Source of the DNA: Candidatus Egerieisoma sp.
Lineage (GTDB): Bacteria; Bacillota; Clostridia; UBA1212; UBA1255
DNA: 64,000 nt
Assembly: GCA_045580735.1 (NCBI GenBank)
Contig: JAZNOJ010000095.1
Location: forward strand, 14,787-78,786
Reading direction: 5' to 3'
In this document: one piece after another, positions 8,806 through 19,498 of the stretch
Position numbering within the stretch: position 1 is the stretch's first letter
How the letters are laid out: every line of letters starts with the position of its first letter
Notes under the pieces: model-generated
Seen by the model: the letters and a program-made list of their open reading frames with translations, nothing else
Databases searched by the model: none
What the model was told of the DNA's origin: nothing
Made by a program: the position numbers and the translations under genes

Positions 8806-10242
8806 ATGAAATTATTATTTGTTACTTCAGAAGCTCATCCGTTTATGAAAACCGGAGGGTTAGGAGATGTATCATATGCACTTCCTAGAGCACTTCACGC
8901 AAAAGGAATAGATGTTAGGATTATTATGCCTAAGTATGCAGAAATTCCACATAACTATGCTTCAAAAACTTCATTGATAAAAGCATTTAATGTAAGTGTT
9001 GGTTGGAGAAATCAGTATTGCGGACTTCAATATTTAAATTATGAGGGTATACCTGTATATTTTATAGACAATGAATATTATTTTAAGCGTCCTGGCTGTT
9101 ATGGATACTTTGACGATGGAGAGCGTTTTTCATATTTCAGTAAGGCTGTATTAGAGGCAGTACAGTATATGGAAGACTTTGAGCCTGATGTAGTTCATTG
9201 TAACGATTGGCAAACAGGTATGGTGCCCTTGCTTCTTTCTGAGGTGTATAGGGATAGACCGGAGCTTAAAAAAGCTAAATCTGTATACACAATTCATAAT
9301 TTAAAATATCAGGGACAATTTTCTCCTTCTGTAGCTCACGATCTTTTAGGTCTTGGACAGGAATTCTTTTCTGAAGATAAGATAAAATATCATGATGGTA
9401 TTTCGTTTATGAAAGCAGGAATAGTATTTGCAAATAAGGTTACTACTGTAAGTAAAACTTATGCTAGAGAAATTCAAACTGCTTACTACGGAGAGGGTCT
9501 GGATGGACTTTTAAGACAAAAATCGTTTAAGCTGTGCGGAATAATCAATGGAATTGATTATGATGATAATGATCCTGCAAAGAATCCGGCCCTTGCATGT
9601 AATTTTGATATTAATTCAATAGAAAAGAAAGCAATCAATAAAGCCGAGCTACAAAGAATTTCAGGTTTACCTGTAAATCCTGACGTTCCAATTATTGCAA
9701 TCATCACTAGGCTTGTACGCCAAAAGGGTATAGATCTTATAACAAGAATGATGGAAGAAATGTTAAAAATGGATATTCAGCTTGTTGTTCTTGGCACAGG
9801 GGATCATGATTATCAAGACTTTTTTGAGTATTATGCGTATTCATATCCCGGAAAGGTATCTACATTCATTAAATTTAATGAAGACCTTGCGGCTAAAATT
9901 TATGCAGGCTCAGATATTTTCTTGATGCCTTCCTTGTTTGAGCCATGTGGTTTAAGCCAAATTATTTCAATGGCATATGGTACACTTCCAATTGTTCGTG
10001 AAACAGGTGGATTAAAAGATACAGTTGTACCTTTCAATGAATTTACCGGCGAAGGAAATGGTTTTTCTTTCACAAATTATAATGCACATGACATGTTAAA
10101 TGTGATAGAATATGCAGTGTCTTGTTATAAAGACAAAAACATTTGGAATTCTCTTGTGAAAAATGCTATGAGAACAAGGTTCGATTGGGCAACACAAGGT
10201 GAAGAATATATTAAAATTTATAATGAAATATCGGAGGACTAA
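8806..10242 (+). CDS. glgA: glycogen synthase (ADP-glucose type, GT5)
   Basis: Has the N-terminal KTGGLGDV motif. Length is 478 aa. Confidence 0.93.
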   Translation: MKLLFVTSEAHPFMKTGGLGDVSYALPRALHAKGIDVRIIMPKYAEIPHNYASKTSLIKAFNVSVGWRNQYCGLQYLNYEGIPVYFIDNEYYFKRPGCYGYFDDGERFSYFSKAVLEAVQYMEDFEPDVVHCNDWQTGMVPLLLSEVYRDRPELKKAKSVYTIHNLKYQGQFSPSVAHDLLGLGQEFFSEDKIKYHDGISFMKAGIVFANKVTTVSKTYAREIQTAYYGEGLDGLLRQKSFKLCGIINGIDYDDNDPAKNPALACNFDINSIEKKAINKAELQRISGLPVNPDVPIIAIITRLVRQKGIDLITRMMEEMLKMDIQLVVLGTGDHDYQDFFEYYAYSYPGKVSTFIKFNEDLAAKIYAGSDIFLMPSLFEPCGLSQIISMAYGTLPIVRETGGLKDTVVPFNEFTGEGNGFSFTNYNAHDMLNVIEYAVSCYKDKNIWNSLVKNAMRTRFDWATQGEEYIKIYNEISED

Positions 10243-10248
10243 TTGAAA

Positions 10249-12666
10249 ATGTATCTGGATAAGGAAACATTTAAGAATGATTACAAGAGAAAAATGATTT
10301 CTCTTTACAGAGAGACTGTTGAAGATGCTAGTGAAACACTTAAATATATGGCATTAGGGTCTCTTTTGATGGACTATATGTCAGAGGATTGGCATAATAC
10401 AGAAGTTAAGTATGAGCGTGAGAAGAGTAAACAGGTTTACTATTTCTCTCTTGAGTTTTTGATTGGAAGACTCATGGATTCAACTCTTATCAATCTTGGT
10501 ATTAAAGATGTTGTTACAGAGGGACTCAAGGATTTTGGTATAGAGCTAAAATTACTTGAAGAGGTTGAACCTGATGCAGGACTTGGTAATGGTGGTCTTG
10601 GCAGACTTGCTGCTTGCTTCGTTGACTCTATGGCTTCATTAGGCATCGCAGGCACTGGTATCGGTATTAGATACAGATACGGATTGTTTAAGCAACAGAT
10701 TAATAACGGTTATCAAATTGAAACACCGGATAACTGGCTTAAAATCGCTAATGTATGGGAAACACGCCGTGATGATGAGGCTTGTATGGTAAGATTTGGT
10801 GGAACATATAATTCTTACTGGGGCGAAGACAACAAAATGCATATCGAATACAAAGACTACGAACCAATTTTAGCAGTTCCTTATGATATGCCAGTACCTG
10901 GTTTCTGTAACGGAACAGTTAACACTCTTCGCTTATGGAGTGCTGAAACAGAAGGTCCGGGATTCGACTTTGCAATGTTTAGTAAAGGTGATTATGAAAG
11001 AGCTATTGAAAGACAGACTGCTGTAAATGCTATTTCTAATGTACTTTATCCTGATGACTCGACACCTAGAGGAAAGCTTTTAAGATTAAAGCAAGAGTAT
11101 TTCTTCACAAGTGCCGGAATACAAAGTATTATAAAGAAGGTAAAGCGTGAGGGAAATTCCTTGGACAAGCTTTATGATTTTGTAGCAATTCAAATTAATG
11201 ATACACATCCTGCTTTGGCTGTGCCTGAGCTTATGCGTATCCTTATGGATGAGGAAGGCTTCCAGTGGGATGAAGCATGGGAAATTACAACAAAAACATT
11301 GGGATATACAAACCACACTATTTTGGCAGAGGCTTTGGAAAAATGGAACATTGAAACATTTAAGATACTTTTACCAAGAATTTATTCGATTGTCGAGGAA
11401 ATTGACAGACGCTTTACATCAGAAATTTCAAAGAAATACAATGGCGATTGGGGTAAGCTTAATAGAATGTCTATTTTACAAGATGGCGTTGTAAAAATGG
11501 CTCATCTTGCTATAGTAGGAAGCCATAGTGTTAATGGTGTTGCAGAGCTTCATACTGACATTTTAAAGAATCAAGAGCTTAAGGATTTCCATGAGTTTTA
11601 TCCAAATAAGTTTAATAATAAGACTAATGGTATTACACATAGAAGATGGCTTATTTCTGCAAACCCTGAGCTTTCAGGACTTATAAATGATACCATCGGT
11701 AGTGGTTGGCAGACAGAGCCTTTGAAGCTTGCTGATTTGATGCCATATACAAATGACAAGGCATTCCTTGATAGATGTGCACAGGTTAAGCAAACTAAGA
11801 AGGAACAGCTTGCTAAATTTATTGGTGAACAGTATCACATTGCTGTTGATACATCGTCAATATTTGATATTCAGGTTAAGAGACTTCACATGTATAAGAG
11901 ACAGCTTCTTAATATCTTGCATGTTATGGATTTATACAATAGACTTAGTGAAGATCCTACTCTCGATATTCCACCAAGAACATTTATTTTTGGTGCGAAG
12001 GCTTTCCCTGGATATATAATTGCTAAAAATACAATTAAGCTTATTTGTACAGTTGCAGATAAGGTAAATAGCGATCCTAGAGTAAGAGATAAAATGAAGG
12101 TTATATTTATGCCTAATTATGGTGTAAGTCTTGCTCAAGTAATGATTCCTGCAGGTAATGTTAGTGAACAAATTTCTACAGCTTCTAAGGAAGCATCTGG
12201 TACAGGTAACATGAAGCTTATGATGAATGGTGCCGTTACACTTGCAACACTTGACGGAGCTAACGTAGAGATTCACAGAGCTGTTGGTGATGATAATATT
12301 GTATTGTTCGGTCTTCAGTCTGACGAGGTAATCGGTTATCAGAAAAATGGTCTTTATAGAGCTCAAAGTGTTATTGATGCAGATCCTAGACTTCAAAAGA
12401 TCTTAAAGCAAATAAGCGAAGGATACTTTGGATTAGCTTCTACAAATGAATTTGACCTTATTTTACGCCACTTAACAACTGATAATGATCCTTACTTTAC
12501 ATTAAAGGACTTTGATTCTTATGTAAAAGCACAAGAAAGGGTAGGTCAGTTATATACTGATAAAGATAAGTGGAATAAGATGTCAGCAGTTAATATTGCT
12601 GCATCAGGTATATTCTCAAGTGATAATACTATCAAGAGATATGCTGAGGATATTTGGAACGTATAA
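10249..12666 (+). CDS. glgP: glycogen/maltodextrin phosphorylase (GT35)
   Basis: Carries the PLP-lysine motif EASGTGNMKLMMNGA and is about 805 aa. The start is ambiguous: ATG 10249 is preferred, and TTG 10243 is the alternative. GGAGGA lies at 10233..10238. Confidence 0.92.
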   Translation: MYLDKETFKNDYKRKMISLYRETVEDASETLKYMALGSLLMDYMSEDWHNTEVKYEREKSKQVYYFSLEFLIGRLMDSTLINLGIKDVVTEGLKDFGIELKLLEEVEPDAGLGNGGLGRLAACFVDSMASLGIAGTGIGIRYRYGLFKQQINNGYQIETPDNWLKIANVWETRRDDEACMVRFGGTYNSYWGEDNKMHIEYKDYEPILAVPYDMPVPGFCNGTVNTLRLWSAETEGPGFDFAMFSKGDYERAIERQTAVNAISNVLYPDDSTPRGKLLRLKQEYFFTSAGIQSIIKKVKREGNSLDKLYDFVAIQINDTHPALAVPELMRILMDEEGFQWDEAWEITTKTLGYTNHTILAEALEKWNIETFKILLPRIYSIVEEIDRRFTSEISKKYNGDWGKLNRMSILQDGVVKMAHLAIVGSHSVNGVAELHTDILKNQELKDFHEFYPNKFNNKTNGITHRRWLISANPELSGLINDTIGSGWQTEPLKLADLMPYTNDKAFLDRCAQVKQTKKEQLAKFIGEQYHIAVDTSSIFDIQVKRLHMYKRQLLNILHVMDLYNRLSEDPTLDIPPRTFIFGAKAFPGYIIAKNTIKLICTVADKVNSDPRVRDKMKVIFMPNYGVSLAQVMIPAGNVSEQISTASKEASGTGNMKLMMNGAVTLATLDGANVEIHRAVGDDNIVLFGLQSDEVIGYQKNGLYRAQSVIDADPRLQKILKQISEGYFGLASTNEFDLILRHLTTDNDPYFTLKDFDSYVKAQERVGQLYTDKDKWNKMSAVNIAASGIFSSDNTIKRYAEDIWNV

Positions 12667-12713
12667 TATTAAGTTTTTGTAATAATACAGCTTAAATTTT
12701 GATGAAAAACATA

Positions 12714-12749
12714 TGGAGCAGTGCCGTCTTACACATCGGTACTGCTCTA
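12714..12749 (+). terminator. GC-rich stem-loop after glgP (possible terminator without a U-tract)
   Basis: GAGCAGTGCCG (12716..12726) pairs with CGGTACTGCTC (12737..12747), giving 11 bp with one G.U and a 10-nt loop. No T-run follows, so terminator function is uncertain. Confidence 0.35.
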
Positions 12750-12770
12750 ATGTGAAGGAGTGTTTATTTT

Positions 12771-13235
12771 ATGAAATGTCCATTTTGTGGTCACATGGAA
12801 GATAAAGTAATAGATTCTAGACCTACAGAAGAAGGTAGTGCGATAAGAAGAAGACGTGAGTGCATAAAGTGCAATTCTAGATTTACTACATATGAGAAAA
12901 TTGAGGATACACCTCTTATGGTAGTAAAAAAAGATGGAACCAGACAGGTATTTGACAGAAATAAGGTTGTTAATTGTGTAATGAAGGCTTGTAGCAAAAG
13001 ACCGGTTTCTCTTCAGCAGGCTGAAAATTTAGCATTAGAAGTTGAGCAGCAAATTATGAACACTGTCAAAAGAGAAGTCCCTTCTTCTGAGATCGGTGAA
13101 TTAATTATGAATCATCTTAAAGAAATTGATGAAGTAGCTTATGTAAGATTTGCATCAGTGTACAAGCAGTTTAAAGATGTTGACACATTCATGGACGAGT
13201 TATCTAAAATTATTCACGAAAACAACAAAAAATAA
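12771..13235 (+). CDS. nrdR: transcriptional repressor NrdR (zinc ribbon plus ATP-cone)
   Basis: MKCPFCG...CIKC zinc ribbon, and [15 protein letters not shown] in the ATP-cone. Length is 154 aa. Confidence 0.93.
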   Translation: MKCPFCGHMEDKVIDSRPTEEGSAIRRRRECIKCNSRFTTYEKIEDTPLMVVKKDGTRQVFDRNKVVNCVMKACSKRPVSLQQAENLALEVEQQIMNTVKREVPSSEIGELIMNHLKEIDEVAYVRFASVYKQFKDVDTFMDELSKIIHENNKK

Positions 13236-13321
13236 TTATTTCCCGGGAAATAATATCAATATTAACATTCTAAGCCGAATTTGTTATTATGTCTATCCAA
13301 AAAAATCAAGGAGTGATTTTA

Positions 13322-14830
13322 ATGATAGTACATGTTAACACATTCGGCTTATTTGGTGTTAGCGGTTTATATGTAGATGCAGAGGTAAATATTTCAAAGG
13401 GAATTTCTGGATTTGAAATAATCGGAATGGGTAATATCGCTGTAAAAGAGGCTTCAGGGCGTATTAAAGCCGCTATGGAGAATATTGGATATAAATTCCC
13501 TGTTGGGAAAATAACGGTTAATTTAGCACCGGCATCCATTCGTAAAGAGGGCTCGTCATTTGATTTAGCTATAGCCATTGGAATATTAAAAAGCACGGGA
13601 ATAATAAATCGTATAATTTCTAAATATGCATTTATAGGAGAGCTTTCTATGGATGGTTATGTTAGACCTATTAGAGGTGTACTTCCAATGGTGCATTCAG
13701 CAATGAAGATGGGTATAGAAAAATGCATTGTACCAATAGAAAATGCACAAGAAGCAGCATTAGTTGATAAATGCAAAATATATCCGGCTTCATCATTGCT
13801 TGATGCAATAAATATCATTAACGATGAAAGAGAAGAATGGAAAAATGATGCTATTGATGATGAGAATGTAGTCTTTCCCGATTTTTATGATGTAAGGGGA
13901 CAAACACAAGCTGTCAGAGCTGCAGAAATTGCAGCAGCAGGAGGTCATAATATATTATTTATTGGTGCTCCGGGATGTGGGAAAACTATGATTGCAAATA
14001 GAATACAAGGAATCATGCCAGAGCTGACACAAGATGAAGCAATGGAGGTTACTCCTGTTTATAGCGTAATGGGCTTAATGAACGAATGTAAACTGATAAA
14101 AAGACCTCCTTTTAGGAGTGTATATCCAGACGTAACAAAGGCTGGTTTGATTGGAGGTGGTGGAAAACCGGTGCCGGGTGAAATAAGCCTGGCGCATAAT
14201 GGGATATTGTTTTTAGATGAATTAGCAGAGTTTGATAGAAATGTAATTCAAGGTTTAAGGCAACCTATGGAAAGTGGAAAAATACGAATATCACGATGTG
14301 GAGATTTTGTAGAATTTCCAAGTGAATTTATGCTTGTTTGTGCAAGTAATCCCTGTAGATGTGGAAAATTATTTGAAGATGGCAGATGTACCTGTACACC
14401 ATTGCAGGCTAAAAGCTATCTGTCACGAATATCAAAACCTATTCTAGATAGAATAGATTTGCATGTTTCTGTAAGAAGAGTGAGTGATAATTATAATGAA
14501 GATCAAAGATACACAACAACAGAAATAAGAAAAAGAGTAATACAAGCAAGGAAAATTCAAAACAAAAGATATTCTGACAAGCCCTTTAAAACAAATGGCA
14601 GAATGGATAGTAATTCAATAGCAAGGTATTGTATATTAGAAAGTGAGAGTGAAAGGATTTTAAAGAAAGCCATTGAATTATCTCAAATTAGTATGAGAGG
14701 ATATGAAAAAATTTTAAAAACAGCAAGAACTATAGCTGACCTGGAATTATCAGAACAAATAAAAACGGAGCATATTGCAGAGAGTATACAATACAGATTT
14801 TTGGATAATTATATGGAGCGTGCAATATGA
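13322..14830 (+). CDS. comM: YifB/ComM family Mg-chelatase-like AAA+ ATPase
   Basis: N-terminal Lon-protease-like domain, Walker A GAPGCGKTM, and a C-terminal Mg-chelatase domain. The start is trimmed to ATG 13322, with AAGGAG 8 nt upstream. Confidence 0.88.
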   Translation: MIVHVNTFGLFGVSGLYVDAEVNISKGISGFEIIGMGNIAVKEASGRIKAAMENIGYKFPVGKITVNLAPASIRKEGSSFDLAIAIGILKSTGIINRIISKYAFIGELSMDGYVRPIRGVLPMVHSAMKMGIEKCIVPIENAQEAALVDKCKIYPASSLLDAINIINDEREEWKNDAIDDENVVFPDFYDVRGQTQAVRAAEIAAAGGHNILFIGAPGCGKTMIANRIQGIMPELTQDEAMEVTPVYSVMGLMNECKLIKRPPFRSVYPDVTKAGLIGGGGKPVPGEISLAHNGILFLDELAEFDRNVIQGLRQPMESGKIRISRCGDFVEFPSEFMLVCASNPCRCGKLFEDGRCTCTPLQAKSYLSRISKPILDRIDLHVSVRRVSDNYNEDQRYTTTEIRKRVIQARKIQNKRYSDKPFKTNGRMDSNSIARYCILESESERILKKAIELSQISMRGYEKILKTARTIADLELSEQIKTEHIAESIQYRFLDNYMERAI

Positions 14831-15936
14831 ATAGGGAAGAGGAGCTTATAGCATGGATTTGGGCAAGTAATTTGGGAAGAAATACAAATAAAAACGTTAA
14901 TGTTCTAAAAAATATATACGGCGATATTGTTACAGCATGGAAAAACTGTGAAAAGGGTAGAGCCTTTACAGGTATGGGAATCGACAAATTAATGCTCGAA
15001 AAATTGCTAAATAAAGAGAATTTTAAAAATGCATTGAAAATTTTTACAGAATGTAAGAAAAAACACTTGCAAGTTATAAGCCTTGACAGTGAAGAATATC
15101 CCAATTCTTTAAGGAAAATATATTCTCCACCGAGTGTACTGTATTACAAGGGTAATATTTTAGAATTTTCACGTCATATTAACGGTAATTATTTATCTGT
15201 TGTAGGCTCAAGAAGGTGTAGTTCTTATGGAAGAATGATTGCTTTTGATTTCAGTAAAAATATCTCTCGATTTAATATTGGTATTGTATCAGGCATGGCA
15301 AGAGGAATCGATTCTGAGGCCCACAGAGGCGCTTTGTGGGGAAATGGTTATACAGTTGCAGTATTAGGTTGTGGTGCAGATGTAATCTATCCTAAAGAAA
15401 ATAAGAAGCTATATGAGGATATTTCTGAAAGAGGATGTGTTCTTTCAGAATATCCCCCGGGTACACCGCCTTATAAGAATAATTTTCCGGCAAGAAACAG
15501 GATTGTTTCCGGATTATCAAGCGGTACTCTGATTGTAGAAGCAGCAGAAAAAAGTGGAGCGATGATTACCGTTGACATGGCATTAGAACAAGGTAAGAAT
15601 GTTTATGTAATTCCGGGAAATATTAATTCAATAAATTCAAGAGGCTGTAATGAATTAATAAAAAATGGTGCAATTTGTGTCACAGATTATAAAGATATAT
15701 TGTCTGATTATTTTATTGAAGTACCTGTCAAAGAAAAAGAGGACGGTATTTTGAATAGTTTAAAAGGTATTGAGCTTGAGGTGTACAAAGCCATTATAAA
15801 TGGTGCGTTTGTGCCCGAGGATATTGTTAAAATGACTCAAATTCATATTTCAGAGGTTTTATCCTCCTTGACAATGCTTGAGATAAAAGGTATTTTATTA
15901 AAGTCTTTAGAAGGGACTTACAAGCCGCTTACTTAA
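14827..15936 (+). CDS. dprA: DNA-processing protein DprA (Smf)
   Basis: SGMARGIDSEAHRGAL and NFPARNRI motifs. An ATGA start/stop overlap links it to comM. Confidence 0.9.
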   Translation: MNREEELIAWIWASNLGRNTNKNVNVLKNIYGDIVTAWKNCEKGRAFTGMGIDKLMLEKLLNKENFKNALKIFTECKKKHLQVISLDSEEYPNSLRKIYSPPSVLYYKGNILEFSRHINGNYLSVVGSRRCSSYGRMIAFDFSKNISRFNIGIVSGMARGIDSEAHRGALWGNGYTVAVLGCGADVIYPKENKKLYEDISERGCVLSEYPPGTPPYKNNFPARNRIVSGLSSGTLIVEAAEKSGAMITVDMALEQGKNVYVIPGNINSINSRGCNELIKNGAICVTDYKDILSDYFIEVPVKEKEDGILNSLKGIELEVYKAIINGAFVPEDIVKMTQIHISEVLSSLTMLEIKGILLKSLEGTYKPLT

Positions 15937-15957
15937 ATGTGCTTTACATTTAAGTAA
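15929..15957 (+). terminator. AT-rich hairpin overlapping the dprA stop codon (weak terminator candidate)
   Basis: TTACTTAAATGT (15929..15940) pairs with ACATTTAAGTAA (15946..15957), giving 12 bp and a 5-nt loop. The downstream T-tract is poor. Confidence 0.3.
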
Positions 15958-16006
15958 AATCTGTTTATTATATTAAGGTTAGAATTTTGAAAGGTTGAGT
16001 TAATAT

Positions 16007-18118
16007 ATGTCTGATTATTTACTAATAGTAGAGTCACCATCAAAAGCAAAAACAATACAAAAATTTTTAGGTAGTAAATATAAAGTTGAATCATCTGTTG
16101 GCCATGTTAGGGATTTGCCTTCCAGTAAAATGGCAATTGATATTGAAAATAATTTTACACCTCAATATATGAATATACGGGGTAAAGGTGACTTAATAAA
16201 GAACTTAAAGAAAGAAGCAAAAAATGCAAAAAAAGTATTATTAGCAACCGACCCTGATAGAGAAGGAGAAGCAATATCATGGCATCTTGCTCAAATATTA
16301 GGAATTGATAATGATTCGCTTTGCAGAGTAACATACAATGAGGTTACTAAAAAAGCAGTTTTAGAAGCTGTCAAAAATCCTAGGGCAATTAATAATGAGC
16401 TTGTTGATGCTTATCAAGCTAGAAGAGTATTAGATAGATTAGTTGGTTATTCTATTAGCCCTGTTCTTTGGAAAAAGGTAAAAAAGGGACTTAGTGCAGG
16501 TCGAGTACAATCAGTTGTTTCTAGACTAGTATGTGATAGAGAAGATGAGATAGAAGCTTTTGAGCCCCAAGAATATTGGACAATCACTGCAATGCTTCAT
16601 AAAGATACAGGCAAGGCAAGAATTACAAAATCAAATTGCTTTACTTCAAAGTATTATGGAGAAAATGGAAAGAAAAAACAAATTAAAGATAAAGAAGAAG
16701 CAGATAAGATTTTTGCTGATATAAAAGATAAGGATTTTATAGTGGCTTCTGTAAAAATGACAGAAAAAAGGAAAGCTCCTGCAGCACCGTTTGTAACTAG
16801 TACACTACAGCAGGAGGCTTCAAGAAAATTAAATTTCACAGCAGCCAAAACTATGTCAGTTGTGCAATCCTTATATGAGGGTGTAAATGTTGGCGGTGGA
16901 ACGACGGGTCTTGTAACATATATCCGTACAGACTCAACGAGAATTTCAGAAGATGCTGCGCAGGCTGCAAAAAAGCAGATATTGGCAGAATTTGGGGAGG
17001 ATTATCTTCCCAAATATAATCGAGTATATAAAAACAAGAATTCATCACAAGATGCACATGAGGCTATTCGTCCAACTCACATAGAGTATAAGCCGGAAGA
17101 TATAAAAGCTAAATTAACAACTGACCAATATAAGCTATACAGGCTTATTTATGAACGATTTTTAGCCAGTCAGATGGCAGATGCAATTTTAAATGTATGT
17201 ACTGTTGATTTTGATATAGAGGGACATACCTTTAGAAGCTTAGGAAGCACTGTTAAGTTTCCGGGATTTACAAAGCTTTATGAGGAATCCTTTGACGAAA
17301 AGGAAAATTCTGAATCAGGAAAGCTACCTGTACTTGAACAGGGTGAAAAAGCTATAGTAGATGAAATTAAGCCAGAACAGCATTTTACTCAGCCTCCTAG
17401 TCGATATACAGTTGCATCTTTAATAAAGGCTATGGAAGAAAATGGTATTGGAAGACCAAGTACGTATGCAGCAACTATTTCTGTTATTCTTGCTAGAGGG
17501 TATGTTGGTATGGAAAAGAAAACAATATATCCGACAGAGCTTGGAAGAATTGTAAATGACCTTATGAAAAATAGCTTTTCAGATATTGTAAATGTTGAAT
17601 TTACAGCTCAAATGGAAGAAAATCTAGATGAAATAGGACAAGGCAACAAACATTGGGTTGATGTAATTCGAGATTTTTATGGAAACTTTGAAAAAGAAGT
17701 CGAGAAGGCAAATAAGGAGCTAGAGCATGTTAAAATTGCAGATCCTGTAAGTGATGTACCGTGTGACAAATGCGGTAGAATGATGGTAATTAAGACAGGC
17801 AGATATGGCAAATTTCTCGCTTGCCCAGGTTACCCTGAATGTAAAAACGCAAAACCTATAATAGAAGAGGTTGGTGTAGAATGTCCAGATTGCTCAAAGC
17901 CTCTAATATTTAGAAAAACAAAAACCGGAAAAAGATACGTTGCTTGCTCAGCTTATCCAGATTGTAAATTTTCATCATGGAATATTCCTACAAAGGATAA
18001 ATGTCCTAAATGTGGTCAATTTATTGAAATTGCACAAGGTAAGAGGGGCAGATACTTAAAATGTAGTAATAAAGAATGTGATTATATATCATTTTTCAAA
18101 AAGAAAAAATCAGAATAA
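16007..18118 (+). CDS. topA: DNA topoisomerase I
   Basis: Toprim start LIVESPSKAKTI, active-site tyrosine context YIRTDS, and several C-terminal CxxC...CxxC zinc ribbons. Confidence 0.95.
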   Translation: MSDYLLIVESPSKAKTIQKFLGSKYKVESSVGHVRDLPSSKMAIDIENNFTPQYMNIRGKGDLIKNLKKEAKNAKKVLLATDPDREGEAISWHLAQILGIDNDSLCRVTYNEVTKKAVLEAVKNPRAINNELVDAYQARRVLDRLVGYSISPVLWKKVKKGLSAGRVQSVVSRLVCDREDEIEAFEPQEYWTITAMLHKDTGKARITKSNCFTSKYYGENGKKKQIKDKEEADKIFADIKDKDFIVASVKMTEKRKAPAAPFVTSTLQQEASRKLNFTAAKTMSVVQSLYEGVNVGGGTTGLVTYIRTDSTRISEDAAQAAKKQILAEFGEDYLPKYNRVYKNKNSSQDAHEAIRPTHIEYKPEDIKAKLTTDQYKLYRLIYERFLASQMADAILNVCTVDFDIEGHTFRSLGSTVKFPGFTKLYEESFDEKENSESGKLPVLEQGEKAIVDEIKPEQHFTQPPSRYTVASLIKAMEENGIGRPSTYAATISVILARGYVGMEKKTIYPTELGRIVNDLMKNSFSDIVNVEFTAQMEENLDEIGQGNKHWVDVIRDFYGNFEKEVEKANKELEHVKIADPVSDVPCDKCGRMMVIKTGRYGKFLACPGYPECKNAKPIIEEVGVECPDCSKPLIFRKTKTGKRYVACSAYPDCKFSSWNIPTKDKCPKCGQFIEIAQGKRGRYLKCSNKECDYISFFKKKKSE

Positions 18119-18130
18119 AGGAAAGAGAAT

Positions 18131-19498
18131 ATGGCAGTTTATGTAATTGGAGGAGGCCTTGCTGGTTCAGAAGCAGCATGGCAGATAGCTAAATCAGGGT
18201 TAAAGGTTAAGCTTTTTGAAATGAAGCCTGTTAAATATTCAGAAGCACATTCTTCAGAAGGATTAGCAGAGCTTGTTTGCAGTAATTCATTAAAGGCAAT
18301 TGGCATTGATGTTGCTTCAGGCTTATTGAAGGAAGAAATGAGATTGCTTGGTGGTTTAGTTATAAAATGTGCTGACGAAAGCTCTGTACCAGCAGGTGGA
18401 GCATTAGCTGTTGACCGAAATATATTTTCTCAAAAGGTTACAGCTTCAATCGAAAATAATCCTAACATCGAAATAGTAAGGCAGGAAATTACATCATTGA
18501 GGGAATTAATTGATTCAAGTGAGGATTGTGATGGTGTTATAATTGCAACCGGACCGTTGACCTCAAAATTATTGGCTGATGAAATAATAAGGGTTTTTGG
18601 TTTAAAGAAGCTACACTTTTTTGATGCTGCTGCTCCTGTTATATATGAAGAAAGCATTGATCATAATAAAGTATTTAAAGCTGCAAGATATGGAAGAGGC
18701 GATGCGGATTATATAAATTGTCCAATGAAAAGGGATGAATATATTAATTTTTATAACGCCTTAATAAATGCAGAATGTGCAGATGTCAAGGACTTCGATG
18801 CATTAGATTTATATGAGGGCTGCATGCCTGTTGAATCAATGGCTAAAAGAGGTGTTGATACTCTGAGATTTGGTCCTTTAAAGCCGGTTGGGCTTAGACA
18901 TCCTGAAACAAATGAGGAATATTATGCAGTTGTACAATTAAGGCAGGATAATGCTGAGGGAACATTATTTAATATGGTAGGTTTTCAAACAAGATTAAAG
19001 TTCCCCGAACAAAAACGCGTATTTGGAATGATTCCGGGGCTTGAAAATGCTGAATATGCTAGATATGGTGTAATGCACAAGAATATATATATAGAGTCAC
19101 CTGAAATGCTTGATGAAACATATCAATTAAAGAAAGAAAATAATTGCTTTGGTATTCCAATTTTCTTTGCTGGCCAAATTACTGGTGTAGAGGGATATAT
19201 GGAATCTACATCCTCAGGATTAGTTGCAGGTGTTAATATTTCTAGAGTACTTAAGGGAATGGAAAAAATTATTTTTACAAGTGATACACAAATTGGAGCA
19301 CTTTCAAATTATGCTTCACATTATTCTGGCAAGGATTTCCAACCTATGGGTACGAATTTTGGTATAATGTCTGCAAATTTAGAAGAAAAATACGGAAAAA
19401 TACGCGATAAAAAGTTAAAAAAGAAATATATGGCAGAGAATGCTATTGAGGTTATAAAAAATAAGTATGTGCCGCTTGTGCAGGGAGGCACAATATGA
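18131..19498 (+). CDS. trmFO: methylenetetrahydrofolate--tRNA-(uracil54-C5)-methyltransferase TrmFO (Gid)
   Basis: FAD fingerprint VIGGGLAGSEAAW. Length is 455 aa. The dprA-topA-trmFO order is the conserved Firmicute arrangement. Confidence 0.9.
   Translation: MAVYVIGGGLAGSEAAWQIAKSGLKVKLFEMKPVKYSEAHSSEGLAELVCSNSLKAIGIDVASGLLKEEMRLLGGLVIKCADESSVPAGGALAVDRNIFSQKVTASIENNPNIEIVRQEITSLRELIDSSEDCDGVIIATGPLTSKLLADEIIRVFGLKKLHFFDAAAPVIYEESIDHNKVFKAARYGRGDADYINCPMKRDEYINFYNALINAECADVKDFDALDLYEGCMPVESMAKRGVDTLRFGPLKPVGLRHPETNEEYYAVVQLRQDNAEGTLFNMVGFQTRLKFPEQKRVFGMIPGLENAEYARYGVMHKNIYIESPEMLDETYQLKKENNCFGIPIFFAGQITGVEGYMESTSSGLVAGVNISRVLKGMEKIIFTSDTQIGALSNYASHYSGKDFQPMGTNFGIMSANLEEKYGKIRDKKLKKKYMAENAIEVIKNKYVPLVQGGTI

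Noticed and set aside
11932-12396. A 154-aa antisense ORF inside glgP, and similar 60-100-aa shadow ORFs listed throughout the ORF track.
   Set aside because: They are fully embedded in strongly supported genes, have no RBS, and show low-complexity or Cys/Asn/Ile-rich composition typical of AT-rich shadow frames.
13235-13254. A 20-nt perfect palindrome ATTATTTCCCGGGAAATAAT directly after the nrdR stop codon.
   Set aside because: As a hairpin it has an AT-rich stem and essentially no loop or U-tract. It could be a protein site or a weak terminator, but nothing else in the window supports a function.
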